This document shows positions 1-13,100 of a DNA stretch of 64,000 nt, one piece after another (within the stretch, counting starts at the first letter, position 1; each line of letters opens with the position of its first letter). A model generated the notes under the pieces. The model saw only the letters and a list, made by a program, of their open reading frames with translations, did no database searches and had not been told where the DNA came from. The stretch is from Octopus vulgaris (taxonomy: Eukaryota): positions 172,980,001-173,044,000 of the forward strand of contig OX597817.1 of assembly GCA_951406725.2 (NCBI GenBank). Direction: 5' to 3'. The position numbers and the translations under genes were made by a program.

Positions 1-1652
1 TATTTTTGACTACTTGTATATAATGTAAAAAAAAAATGCCCGTCAGTGTCTGAAAACTATTTCTTTTCAAACGTTTCACTTTTGCGTCTTAATTAGACAT
101 GAAAAAATCTATTACTGTTGAAGTGGCTTTGATTAAATCTTATTTCAAATCATTTATTTATTTTACTTTTCACGCGGTTCCTTTGTAACTTAATCCATGG
201 CAGACAATGTGAGGAGACTTGAGTCAATTATACACATTGCAAATATCAGAAAGGATGGCGAAGGAGAAAGAGGTTAGGGGATGGAAAAGGGGACTTGCTG
301 AGGAGCGAAAGAAGACGAAAGAAAAACACGTACGTGACTCCTATCTATTACAGGGTACCGTCTGGGAAATAACCAAGTATTGGATTTAGAGAGCGTGTAA
401 CAAAACAAGTTTTGTTTTGTTTTGTTTGTAGTGGTCCAGTGTAAATGCAGAGCTCCCAGACAGGCATTGTCATACGAATGTTATACGATATTTGCGGGCG
501 TTTAGACATTTCTATATTGCTGGTAAATGTTACTAGGTGAAGGTATGGAACATGCAAACGTTCTTTTGCGTCACGTGTAAAAGTAAATCGATAATATAGT
601 AATTATAAATATGTTTTAATTTAGAAGGAAAAGAGCACGAATAACATGAAAGAAAAGAAACAATGGTGATATTTTCGAGGCTGACCTCAATCAATTTATC
701 ATTCATAGTTCTTGTAATGTTGCCAAGTATATGTATCCCTTGACAATATTTTATAATATCAATGATTATTATATATCATTACTATAATCAAACACTATAT
801 TGATGATTAAAATATAACTCCTTGTTTCAAATATTATAAACTTTTTAATCCTTTCGCTTTTGGGAATTTTAATTTATTCTTAAATCTTGGAGTGAAAATT
901 TTTTTTTTTAATCTGGTTTACAGTCACCAAGGGTAAGTAACTCGTGCTAAATACATAGAGTTGTCTCCTTCTGCGATAAACTCGTCTCAAACCTGTTTCT
1001 TTCTTATTTAATTTTTTATAAAGCTTACGTTTATATTAGTTAATTTTCCAGTTTGTGTGTCTTTTTGTAATATCCAGTTAACCCTGAAGACAAACGTTCA
1101 AAGTTGGGTTCTCAGCTCTTCAGCGGTGAAAAGTTCACCCCCAACCCCGCCATACACATACTTTATTCTTAATATTGAACATAAAAGTAATTGGATTGGT
1201 AGTACCGCAAGCATGCCAGTCAAAATGCTTTGCTGTATTTGTTCTCGCTTTTTACTTACTGAATTACCTGTCGAGGTCAGCTTTGCTTTTCAACCCTCCA
1301 GGGTCGATAAAATAAAGTACCAATCAAATAACAGGGGTGATTTAATCGACAATCCCTTCCCCGAAATTGCTGGCCTTTCTAAATTAGAAACAATATTTAC
1401 ACTAGGACCAGACTAATTACATTTAGAGCTCATTATCAGTTCAACCAAAACACTGCTCACTTGAGGGGTAAACACTGCACAACGAAGCAATTATACAAAG
1501 AAGTCCAGATTTTACCAGACACTATCACAGAAGGAAGCGACACTAAAAATGCAAACAAATGCCACGACAAGAAAACCCACGTAGAATTCTTGATATAATA
1601 AGAAATGATAATTCATGGGAAAAACAATGAATTTTTTAGAGAAAGATATATA

Positions 1653-2045
1653 GGAGCAGGCATGGCTGTGTGGTTAAAAAACTCATTTGGTGACCACGTG
1701 GTTTCGAGTTCTGTCCCTGTGTGTGGCTCCTTAGGCAAGCGTTTTCTGATATATCCCCAGACTAACCGATGCCTTGAGAGTGAATTTGGTAGGTGGGAAT
1801 TGTGTAGAAGACCATCGTAAGGGGGTGGGTGGGTGTTTGTACCCCAAACCCCTAACACTTAGTAACTGGTCTTAGTTTGTTTACGTCCAAGTAACTTGGT
1901 GGCTCAGTGAAAAAGATCAATAGAATAAATTCCAGACTTAAAAAAAAAAAAGAACTGCGGTTGATTTGTTTGACTAAAAACCCTTCTAGGTGGTGCTCCA
2001 GCATGACCACAATCCAATGGCTGAAACAGGTAAAATGGTAAAAGG
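1653..2045 (+). mobile_element. SINE family A (tRNA-like head, CCTTGGGCAAG core, internal TG/TA tract)
   Basis: Head GGCTGTGTGGTTAA...GGTTTCGAGTTC, core ccttaggcaag, tail ggtgctccagcatgaccac...ctgaaacaggtaaa; more than 20 related copies in the window. Confidence 0.85.
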
Positions 2046-2341
2046 CAGATATGTATTTAAAAGAGAATTTTTTTTTGAATGTAGGCTTATTACTGAGAAG
2101 AAAATTGTAGAACTTTCAAACAAATTCAGTTATTTCAAAAACTGCATAATTTGAGACAGCAATACAAGAGAAATGGAGGAATGAAGATTGGAAAAGCTAA
2201 AGATATTTCACATAAATTAAAATGTGTGTGGCTGTGTGATAAGAAGTTTGTTTCCCAACCACATGATTCCCAATGTCTTCTACAACAACCTTAGACCAAC
2301 CAAAGCCTTGTGAATGGATTTGGTAGATGGAAACTAAAAGA

Positions 2342-2583
2342 AACTAAAACAAGACGACAAGCTGGCAGAAACGTTAGCACGTTGGGCGAAATGCTTAGCA
2401 GTATTTCGTCTGCCATTACGTTCTGAGTTCAAATTCCGCCGAGGTCGAATTTGCCTTTCATCCTTTCGGGGTCGATAAATTAAGTACCAGTTACGCACTG
2501 GGGTCGATGTAATCGACTTAATCCCCTTGTCTGTCCTTGTTTGTCCCCTCTGTGTTTAGCCTCTTGTGGGCAATAAAGAAACA
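2342..2583 (+). mobile_element. SINE family B (tail ...ttagccccttgtgggcaataaagaaa type) nested in family A
   Basis: gctggcagaaacgttagc...GTTCAAATTCC (B-box-like)...ctttcatcctttcggggtcgataaattaagtaccag; TSD ggaaactaaaaga at 2329-2341 and 2584-2596. Confidence 0.9.
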
Positions 2584-2646
2584 GGAAACTAAAAGATGCC
2601 TCTCTCTCTCTGTGCGTGCATCCATGTGTATGTCTTTGTTTGTCTT

Positions 2647-2934
2647 CCTAGCGAAGGTTCGTGACTTGGGTGTTCGGGTATTCAGCTCCTGATCGTGATT
2701 TCAATATCCAGCAGCACGTTGTTCCAGTCCACTCAGTTAGCAAAAATGAGTAGTACCTGTATTCCAAAGAACCAGACTTGTCACATCCTGTGTCACTCTG
2801 AATCTCCATGAGAATTACATTAAGGGTACGTGTGTCTGTAGAGTGCTCAGTTGCTTGCACATTAATTTCACAAGCTGGCTGTTCGGTTGATCATATCAAT
2901 TGGAACCCTCATCATCATGTCTGATGGAATGCCA
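2647..2934 (+). mobile_element. Additional SINE family nested in family A
   Basis: 9-bp TSD gtttgtctt (2638-2646 and 2935-2943); tRNA-like degenerate head; related fragment near 48260-48370 on the minus strand. Confidence 0.7.
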
Positions 2935-3570
2935 GTTTGTCTTGCACCACTGTTTGACAGCCACTGTTGGTTTGTTTGTCCCCATATCTTAACAGTTCAG
3001 CAAAAGAGAATAACAAAGTACTGGGGGTTGATTTATTCTACTAAAATTTTTTAAGGTGGTTCCTCAGCTTGGCAACAGTCTGAGTGAAACAAATACAAGA
3101 TAACACAAGGCCAATACAAAACTATTGATTAAAATAAGAGATAAGGTTTTATAGCGTTAAATTACTAAGCATAGATTTCTCTCACTGAGATAGAGCCATA
3201 AAATTATAGCAGAAATTCAAATCAACATTGGTATATAACAGTCAAAATAACAGAGTGTAAGGAAACTGGTGGTGGTCTGCTTTGGTAAAAATTAGTAATA
3301 CTTATTTTATTGATTTTAGCAGAGTGCTAAATGATTCTTGAAAGGTTTAAGATCAGAATGAGAAAGCAATGTAACTTAATGCAATTTCTCTGCCATTGCT
3401 CTATAACTATCTTTCTCAACCCTTTTTGACCTATGGATCCCTTTGATTCCTATTTTATTGAGGTGGTCCCTCCAAGCCATTCAATATTTAAAAAATCTCA
3501 TTGCATTTTTATAATTAAATATCATTAGGAATTATATAAAAAAAAAATGTGTTAAAATATTTTGTGTATT

Positions 3571-3960
3571 ACTCTTTTACTTGTTTCGGTCATTTGACTG
3601 TAGCCATGCTGGAGCACTGCCTTTAGTCAAACAAATCAACCCCAGGACTTATTCTTTGTAAGCCTAGTACTTATTCTATTGGTCTTTTTTGCTGAACCAC
3701 TAAGTTACAGGGACGTAAACACACCAGCATTGGTTTTCAAGCAATGTTTGGGGGACAAACACAGACGCACAAACGTATACACACACATACATATATACGA
3801 TGGGCTTCTTTCAGTTTCCGTCAATCAAATTCACTCACAAGGCTTTGGTCAGCTCGAGGCTATAGTAGAAGACACTCGCTCAAGGTGCCACATAGTGGGA
3901 CTGAACTCAAAACCATGTGGTTTGTAAGCAAGCTAATTACCACACAGCCACTCCTGCACC
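3571..3960 (-). mobile_element. SINE family A, full length, inserted into a hAT-like MITE (3410-3570 + 3961-4055)
   Basis: Complete head to tail; flanks reassemble into a ttctcaacc...gttgagaacc element like 26933-27179. Confidence 0.88.
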
Positions 3961-4850
3961 TATAGAAGTATTTAGAATTTATTGCAGATAAATTCTAGCA
4001 ACAAAATTTTATGTGAATCCTCAAGGGCCATATAGACCTCAGTTGAGAACCAATGGTCTATAATTTCTGCCATTCTATTACTTTGTGTGCGTGCACGCAC
4101 AAACACATGCACGCGCGTGCGTGCGTGCATGCATGAGACTATAAATTGGACCATAATAGTGAAAATTTCATTTTCACCATACATGATGCACATGTACAAA
4201 GATCAAAAACGTACAAACCTAAAACAAAACAAATATTCAATTCCGATGCATTGCAGAGAAAGCAAAAGTTGAGAAAAACCAAAATTTATGCAACTGACAA
4301 CATAAGCAGGTGAATTAACTAGCACAATATCAGGAAGGAATACAATTTCTAAAGACCATGTGAAAGATCATCTCCCTCAGTGCTCGTAACGGTAATTAGA
4401 GATGACTATTCTGACAGAAAATACATTTAGAAAAGTTTTGTTTCAAGTTACAAAGTGATGGTGATGTATTCAATCTAGCCTTTTATATGGAAGAAGATGA
4501 AACAATTCAACAGAAAGTACAATAGCTAAATGCTTTAATACTGTACAGTAGATTTGTTAAAGTATTGGAGACACATGCACATGTGTGCACACATGCAAAC
4601 ACAAACACAATCACCATCACCATCATCATCATAATTGTCATCACTTCCACCACCACTATCATCATCATCATTAGTCCATTTTTCATGCTCTCAGGTTGTC
4701 AAAGTCTAAATAAATTCTTCTTAGGAACCACTGTTCTCACTGATTGGTGTTTATGTGTTATTTTGACTGGGTTTCTATGGCTTGATGCCCTTCATAACAC
4801 CAACCACTTCACAGAGTGTACTTGAAGCACTTTCCAGTGATACCAATATT

Positions 4851-5069
4851 TATTTCACTACTGCCCACAAGGGGCTAAACACAGAGGGGACAAACGGATT
4901 ATGTCGATTACATCGACCCCAGGGCGTAACTGGTACTTAATTTATCGACCCCGAAAAGATGAAAGGCAAAGTCGACCTCGGTGGAATTTGAACTCAGAAC
5001 GTAACAGCAGACGAAATACGGCTACGCATTTCGCCCGGCGTGCTGACGAGTCTGCCAGCTCACCGCCAA
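4851..5069 (-). mobile_element. SINE family B, full length, nested in a family C remnant
   Basis: 13-bp TSD tgataccaa(t/c)att at 4838-4850 and 5070-5082. Confidence 0.88.
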
Positions 5070-5629
5070 TGATACCAACATTAATGAGGTTGTTGTGTCC
5101 TCACTGAGACAGGAGCACAGGGACTTCACAACCCTACTTTTCCTTTGCTCACATCCCAATTCCTCTAGAGCAGGGATCCTCAACTATTTTTTTTACCTAT
5201 GGACCATTTTGATCCCTATTTCACTTGGATTGACCCCCATAACCATTCAATGTCTAAATAATCCTATTGTATTTTTATAATTAAATATTATTAGGACTTG
5301 TATAAAAAATTATAAAATTATTTTGTGTATTGTGGCTGGATAACCAGTTTAGTGCTCAACTAGTGCTTTATTCCATTGACCCCAAAAGGATGAAAGACAA
5401 AGTTGACTTCAGTGGAATTTGAACTCAGAAAATAAAGACAGATGAAAAGCTGCTATGCATTTCATCAAGTGTGGTAATGAATCAGCCAGCTGTTGCATTT
5501 GCTTATTAATTATATAAATAATGAAAATACTTTCATTTCTATTAAAAGCTTTTTACTGTTTTTTTTTGTTTTGCTTTGCTTTTTCATGTTTTTTTTTATT
5601 ACCTCCACATTTTATATTAATCGCTTATG

Positions 5630-5686
5630 GAAAGAAAGAAAGAAACAAACAAACAAAGGAGAGAAAGAAAGAAAGAAAGAAAGGAG

Positions 5687-5720
<34 letters not shown>

Positions 5721-5775
5721 GAAGGAGAGAAAGAAAGAACGAAGGACAAAAGAAAGAAAGAAAGAAAGGAAGGAG

Positions 5776-5869
<94 letters not shown>

Positions 5870-6027
5870 GAAGGAGAGAAAGAAAGAAAGAACGAAGAAC
5901 AAAAGAAAGAAAGAAAGAAAGAAAGGAGAGAAAGAAAGAAACAAAGGAGAGAAAGAAAGAAAGAACAAAGAACAAAAGAAAGAAACAAAGGAGAGAAAGA
6001 AAGAAAGAAAGAAAGAAAAGAAAGAAA
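5630..6027. repeat. Compound (GAAA)n polypurine tract, about 400 bp
   Basis: GAAA units with recurring GGAGA and GAAC interruptions; source of several spurious KER/FLS ORFs. Confidence 0.97.
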
Positions 6028-6204
6028 TGTAATGAAGTTAATTTAAAATAGCCTATTTCAAGGAGGAATTTTCTATGAGTGGAATAATTCAGGGACGAAA
6101 TTTTCAAAGGTGGAACTTTCAAAGAGATCTTCAATTCAGAATCACTTGACCATATTACTTGGTTTCTTATTTTACAAGTCTATTTTAATTTATATCATCG
6201 AAAT

Positions 6205-6306
6205 AGGTGGTGGTGGTCGTGGTGGAAGTGGTGGTGGTGGTGGTGGTGGTGGTGGAAGTGGTGATGGTGATGGTGGCAGTAGTGGTGGTAGTGTGGTGGT
6301 GGTGGC
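6205..6306. repeat. (GGT)n microsatellite
   Basis: Imperfect GGT run. Confidence 0.95.
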
Positions 6307-6691
6307 ATTTATATAATAACTAAGCTCTTGGCTTCAGCATTTCTAAACGGTGGTTCAATGTCTTAGTATTAAACTTAAGCTGCAGATGTTCTTTCTTTTA
6401 GCTGTAATGATTTTTCTAAATAGAGATTTCTATAATGCCGACAGAGTGTGCTATCTTTCTAAATAAAACCTTTACAATGCTGTTACAATTCAACATGAAC
6501 GTCAAAGATAATTTAAGCAGCTGTTAGTTAATCACGGAACAGTTTCTCACTTTCAAATCAACTTAGCATATATTTTGCCTTTCAGAATAAACAGAGAAAA
6601 AACAAAGAGTATTATGCTGTGTGGCTAAAAAGTTTGTGTCTTAACCACATGGTTTCAGGTTTAGCGTCTCTTCAGATAATTCAGACAAGTG

Positions 6692-6859
6692 AAGGGCTGT
6701 CTTAGGAACCTCATAAGCCTATGGCAATTCAATGCATTGGGCCCAACAGTATTTCTTTACTGAGGGCAAGCCACAGCACATATGGATCAGAATGGGGCCT
6801 AAAAACCTGTGGGCTCTCTGGGTAACTGCCCAGTGTGTCCATGCCTTGAGACAGAACTG
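6692..6859. mobile_element. hAT-like MITE nested in a family A copy (6615-6990)
   Basis: Imperfect TIRs aagggctgtcttagg / ccttgagacagaactg; 8-bp TSD gacaagtg / gacaagta (7/8). Confidence 0.65.
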
Positions 6860-7860
6860 GACAAGTATTTTTCATTATAGAATCAGGCCAGCCAAAGGCT
6901 TGTGAGTGAATTTGTTTGACAGAAAATGAAAACGATAGCCCTCTCTCTCACTGTATGTGTGTGTGTGTGTGTTTGCTTACATTTAAACATGCATCTATGA
7001 AAGTTGCAATGTATGAATAGTAATGTTGCCGTTAGTTCTCCTATCAACAAATCATCCACTCACTTCGCACCTTTCAAAAGTGCATTGAACAAAAAAATCT
7101 CTTACTTGAAAAGTAGACAAGGGTTAGTGACAGGAAAGGCATCCAACTGTAAAACAATACCTCAGTAACATTTAAGTGCCTGATTCACTTGAACCATGAT
7201 TTAGAGTGTGTGTGTGTGTGTATATGTGTGTGCGTGTGCATATGTGTACATGCATGTGTGTGTGTGCATGCATATGTGCATGCGTGTTCTGGATCCACAG
7301 TTTGATTAAATGCAATTCTAATACCTTCCCTCGGTCTGGAGGTGGATAAAACTCAACTCAAGGTCATATGTTCCCTGCTTTAGTTCCCCACTGTACAATT
7401 CTTGCTTCAAACACAGCATTCAAGTGAATTCAGAAGGACTGAATTGTTTAGTAAAGTGCATGCAGACATCTATGGCATCCTTAAATCATTCATCTTATCA
7501 AAAAAAAACCATTTCTCTTCTAACATACTTTCCATCTACTAACCAATCTACATGTCAAAGACCTATGGGAAATATGCTGATAGGATGATGAATTTTTCTT
7601 ATAAAAATGGCAGAACTTTTATGCAGGATTTCACTCGTCCTGATGCTCTAGACCCCAGCTATCTGGCTACTTCCCTAATGACTCCTGAGAAAACAGTGCA
7701 GAATGTAGAAAAAGCAAGATTAATAAAGGAATTGGGGTCAGTCCCATTGCGTGGCACCTTGGGCAAGTGTCTTCTACTATAGCCTCGGTCCAACCAAAAC
7801 CACGTGAGTGGATTTGGTAGAAGGAAACTGAAAGAAGCCCATTATATATATGTATATATA

Positions 7861-8014
7861 AGGCATGCTTGTGTGGTAAGAAGCTTGCTTCTAAACCACA
7901 TGGTTCTTGGTTTAGTCCCACTTCATGACACCTTGGGCAAGTGTCTTCTACTATAGCCTTGAGCAAACCAAAGCCTTGTGAGTGAATTTGGTAGACAGAA
8001 ACTGAAAGAAGCTC

Positions 8015-8045
<31 letters not shown>

Positions 8046-8270
8046 CTTTGTGTCTGTGTTTGTTCTCTGATCATTACTTGACAACTGGTGTAGGAGTATT
8101 TATGTACCCATAAATTAGTTGCTCAGCAAAAGAGACTGACAGAATAAGTACTAGACTTTAAAAAAATAAGTCCTGGAGTCAAGTTGTTTGATCAAAACCC
8201 TTCAAGGCAGTGCTCCAGCATGGCCACAGCCAAATGACTGAAACAAGTGAAAGTAAAAGAATAAAAGAAA
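7861..8270 (+). mobile_element. SINE family A (preceded by a partial copy at 7733-7860)
   Basis: Head, core and tail all present. Confidence 0.88.
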
Positions 8271-8519
8271 AAATACCAGATTTATAATGACGAAGTTATT
8301 TCACCATTTTCTTCATTATTGTCAAAATTAATTGAAACACAGGCAGTAAATTTCAACAGAAATATGGTAAGAAAATGGTTGGCCTCAAAAAGGTTTCTCT
8401 GCCCAGCATTATATGAATGTCTCTCTTGGTCAGTGGATGACTCTTATGGCAAAACCGCACAACTGCCATGCTGTTTCCTATAGCCTCACCTGCCACTCTA
8501 GGCTGGTTAGCTATTAGGT

Positions 8520-8944
8520 CTTTTACTCTTTAACTTGTTTCAGTCGTTTGATTGTGGCCATGCTGGAGCACCACCTTTACTTGAGCAAATCGACCCCAGG
8601 ACTTATTCTTTGTAAGCCTAGTACTTATTCTATTGGTCTCTTTTGCCGAATCGCTAAGTTACAGGGGCGTAAACACACCAGCATCAGTTGTCAAGTGATG
8701 TTGGGGGGACAAACACAGACACACAAACATATAAACACACACGCACATATATACATACATACATGCATACATACATATATACAATGGGCTTCTTTCAGTT
8801 TCAGTCTACCAAATCCACTCACAAGGCTTTGGTCGGCCCGAGGTTATAGTAAAAGACACTTGCCCAAGGTGCCACGCAATGGGACTGAACCCAGAACCAT
8901 GTGGTTCGTAAGCAAGCTACTTACCACCCAGCCACTCCTCCGCC
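8520..8944 (-). mobile_element. SINE family A, full length
   Basis: Head, core and tail all present; inverted relative to 7861-8270. Confidence 0.9.
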
Positions 8945-9666
8945 TTACCAAATAATTCACAGCCTGTGAATTATTTCCATATTCAATGTTCACCCCTATA
9001 ACCAAATGCTGTTCTTCTATTGAGAGCTGTCTTAACAGCATTATATAGAATTGAAACCCCTTGACCCTTGAAGTGCCAAGGCAACTCTTAAAATGACTCT
9101 GCTCCTATCCACTACCTGGAAATTTACTAGGCAGGAGTTCTCTTCCCCCCATCTGCCAAAAATCTCAATTAATATTTCCTCAAGCAGACTTCATTCAGCC
9201 CATTGTTCAAGGCATCCTTTCAAAATCAAACCTGATAGTAAAACTTTCTCTTATAATTAGATATTCTTCTAAATTCTTTTCCTGCTACTTACAAAATGCC
9301 TCAGAGACATTCCATATGATTGTGATTTAAATCATCTCATTCAAACATTTACGCAATGCAAATCCTTGAAAATTGGCTTAAGAAGTTCTAATTCTACTTA
9401 CAGTATTAGGAAGAAACCATATTATAAATTTTTGGTTTGTTTGTGTTTTTTTTTAAATCCAAGTTTGCCGTTGCAGTTTAGTAATAAACTCTTAGAATGG
9501 TTAATAACAAATCGTGTTGTGAAAATAGGTTTCATTTCACCGATCTTTTAAGAAATTACTTAGCAACATAAATTGATTTCACAAGCATTTAAACTACCTG
9601 CTTGCTCTAGTTCCAGTTTGCAGTTAACTAATTCAATTTAGTATAGTATTCTCATTTTCTCAAAAT

Positions 9667-10145
9667 CATCATCATCATCATCATCATCGTCGTTTAACGT
9701 CCGCTTTCCATGCTAGCATGGGTTGGACGATTTGACTGAGGGCTGGCGAACCAGATAGCAGCAACAGGCTCCAATCTTGATCTGGCAGAGTTTCTACAGC
9801 TGGATGCCCTTCCTAACGCCAACCACTCCGAGAGTGTAGTGGGTGCTTTTACGTGCCACTGGCACGGGGGCCAGTCAGGCAGTACTGACAACGACCTTGC
9901 TCGAATCTTTTACACATGCCACCGGCACAGGTGCCAGTAAGGCAATGCTGCTAACGATCACGCTCAAATGGTGCCTTTTAAGCGTCACTGGCACGGAAAC
10001 CAGTTAGCCACTCTGGCAACGATCACGCTTGGATGGTGCTCTTAGCACCCTACTAGCACAGGGCTCAAGTGCCAGTAAGGCGACGCTGGTAACAATCACA
10101 CTTGAAACGGTGCCTTTTATGTGCCACTGGCACGGAAGCCGGTTG
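9667..10145 (-). mobile_element. SINE-like family C ((GAT)n tail, GGTTGGCGTTAGGAAGGGCATCC domain, internal GTGCCACTGGCAC repeats)
   Basis: Near-identical copies at 34640-35040, 37281-37562 and 51868-52258; decayed copies at 46700, 19955, 29665 and 63755. Confidence 0.85.
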
Positions 10146-11139
10146 GGAATTTAAAAAATGGAATTAAAAAAATGGAAATTATATAGTTAAAGGGGTGTCT
10201 ATACATTACAAATTCATGAAAGAGTTTTATGACATTTTCTAGATTAACATTTTGTCAGTCCTCCTCCTCCTCCTCCTTTTCATCATCATCATTGTCATCA
10301 TCATCATTTAAATGTCAACATTTCTATGTTTGTATGGGTCAGATGAGAGAACACTGAGGCAGAGGTTTCTATGGCCAGATACCCTTCCTGTATCAAACCC
10401 TACTTGTTTCTAAGTGAAGCAATGATCTTCTTGTCTATCAAATAACAAACAATTTAGACATGTTTACATGGAAAACTAGAAATAAATGACACTATATGGA
10501 CGAGCCTTTTGTTTACAAACATTACACAGACATGTCATTCTGCTCTCATGGTTGACTGCAAGTAAATGACACCATCAGTGTGGCCACTGTTTACAATCAA
10601 CAAACACATGTGAAGACAAAGCAAATATGAACCCACACATATACACACATATACACATGCCTGTGTACACACACACACGTATACAGAGTACGTTTTAAAA
10701 GAAAATGAAATTAAACAAAATTTAATCATTAGTAAAATGTTCAAAATAGATTTGCTCCTATATAATTAATTTGCCTAATGGAAAGAAAAGTAGCTTCAGG
10801 TTTTACTAGTTTAAAACATTTAAGCCAAACCAACAAAATCTCACTATGTTGTCATTCAAGTTGCTAGAAATAGCAACCAAATCTCCTTTTAATTATACCT
10901 TACTATCTTTAAACAAATCAGGGTTGGGAAGGAGGCATACAGGTATAAAAAAAAAAGGATGAGAATGTCACACCTCAAATGCTTTTGTACATAGGTCTAC
11001 CTGATAAAAGCTGACCTGGGGCTAAATAATAACAACTGAGTTTCATGCACTTTCTCTCTATCAGAAATGAAAATAAATTCACATGAAAAGATTCTTAAAG
11101 ACCTGTAACTGAATAAGTATCAGGATAAATATTATAATA

Positions 11140-11735
11140 ACAAAATTATTGTATACAGTGCTCAGGTGCACCACAACTTGTCAAAAGTGCATATAAAGTA
11201 CATGCAGTAATGTACAAATGTCTGGAAAGTGAACAGTGTATGAGTTAGATAGATGCTAACAGCTGATGCTGGCAGTTTGTTCCATACTTCAGCAACTCCT
11301 AGCATGAAAAAATGTTTCCGAAAGTCATGGGAGCTGTGCTGTTTTCTGACTTTGTAAACATGTCTACAGGTGTTAGACAGGTGAAGTTTGAAAAGGTGCT
11401 CAGAGTTATTGTTAGTAAGATGGTTCATAATTTTATGGGTGTCTGCCAAGCCAGCTGCCAGACATCAGAGTTTCAATGTATCCATGCCCAGGGAAGTAAG
11501 GCGTTCAGGATATGGCAAATGCCTGATGGAGAGTATTCTCTTGGTTGCATGTCGCTGAACAGTTCCAGACAATTAATATCCTGGGCAAGATAGGGGTTCC
11601 AGACCGGTGATGCAAATTCCAAGTGAGGCCGCACCATAGCTATATAAAGCCTCAGATAGAGAGCCGGAAAGCAGCTCACAAAGGACTTGGTAAGTGATCC
11701 CAAGACACCCTCAGCCTTCTTGGCAATTTTAGCAT
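11140..11735 (-). mobile_element. Decayed 3' fragment of the same or a related CR1 family
   Basis: KAEGVLGSL, MVRPHLEFASPVWNPYL, HDFRKHFF, WNKLPAS in broken frames; same 3' end gtgcacctgagcactgtatacaataat. Confidence 0.88.
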
Positions 11736-12254
11736 TGCTCTGTAAAATTTCACACAATTACTGAGCACTTACAGAAATTTGATGAAACCTCTAATATTGC
11801 TCTAAAATTAAGTAAAACAACCCTTGTTAAAAAATGAAGAACTTTTAGCATGCCAAGTAAAATGCTTAGCGGCATTTCATCCATCTTTCCATTCTGTGTT
11901 CAAATTCCACTGAGGTCAATCCTTTTGGGGTCGATAAAATAAGTATCAGTTGGTGTAAAAAATTTACACCCTCCCCTGAAATTTCTGGCCTTGCACCAAA
12001 ATTTGAAACTATTACCATTAGTCAACTAGTTAACTATTCAACTATTTAATTAATCGACTGATTAATCATTCAATCAATCAATCATCTAAGTTCACCAGAG
12101 TCCTTTCATTTCCATTCGCAATCTCAACAGTAACATGCCATCTCATCTCCTGGGCTGATAAACCTAGCTGATTGGTTGACTGATTGACTGAATAATTAAT
12201 CAAGCAATCAATGAGTTAATTAGTTGAATGGGTAATTAATTGATTCATAAAAGT

Positions 12255-13100
12255 TCTTTCAGGCCTTGTGGCTATGCACAAGGCCTGGAATTTCAAGTGA
12301 AGAGGCTATTCAATTACATTGACTCCAGTACTCATCTCATACTCATTTTATCAACCCTGAGAGGACAAAAGGCAAAGTCAACCTTGGTGGAATTTGAACT
12401 CAGAACATGAAGACACATGAAATGTTGCTAAGCATTTTTGTCCGGCAGGCTAACAATTCAGCCACCTCACTTGGCTAATAATAATGGTTTCAAATTTTGG
12501 CAAAAGGATGGCATTTTCAGAGTGGAGGGTAAATCGATTACATCAACCTGAAAGGATGAAAGGTAAAGTCAACCTTGGCAAAATCTGAACTCAGAACATG
12601 AAGACAGATGAAATACCACTAAGCATTCTATCGGGCAAACTAACAATTCCACTGCTTAGTTGACTAATAATAATCCTTCCTACTACAGGGACAAGGCCTG
12701 AAATTTGGGGGAGGGGGATAGTCAATTACATCAACCCCAGTGCATAACTGGTACTTAATTTATCGACTGCGAAAGGATGAAAGGCAAAGTCGACCTCGGC
12801 GAAATTTGAACTCAGAACATGAAGACAGATGAAATACCACTAAGCATTCTATCTGGCAAACTAACAATTCCACTGCTTAGTTGACTAATAATAATCCTTC
12901 CTACTACAGGCACAAGGCCTGAAATTTGGGGGAGGGGGATAGTCAATTACATCAACCCCAGTGCATAACTGGTACTTAATTTATCGACTGCGAAAGGATG
13001 AAAGGCAAAGTCGACCTCGGCGAAATTTGAACTCAGAATGTAGCAGCAGATGAAAGGCTTCTAAGCATTTCGCTCAGCATGCTAATGATTCTGCCAGCTC
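12255..13100 (-). mobile_element. Head-to-tail array of four family B monomers with AAT linkers, including a 221-bp near-perfect duplication
   Basis: ctcagaa recurs at 12590, 12811 and 13032 (period 221); the two units differ at about two positions. Confidence 0.88.

Larger units (their letters stand above)
2225..3100 (+). mobile_element. SINE family A copy hosting two nested SINE insertions
   Basis: A head at 2225-2340, resumes at 2584 after a family-B insert, resumes again at 2935 after a second insert. Confidence 0.8.

Noticed and set aside
5493-6134. Six overlapping 118-179 aa ORFs rich in K/E/R or F/L/S
   Set aside because: Translations of the (GAAA)n tract.
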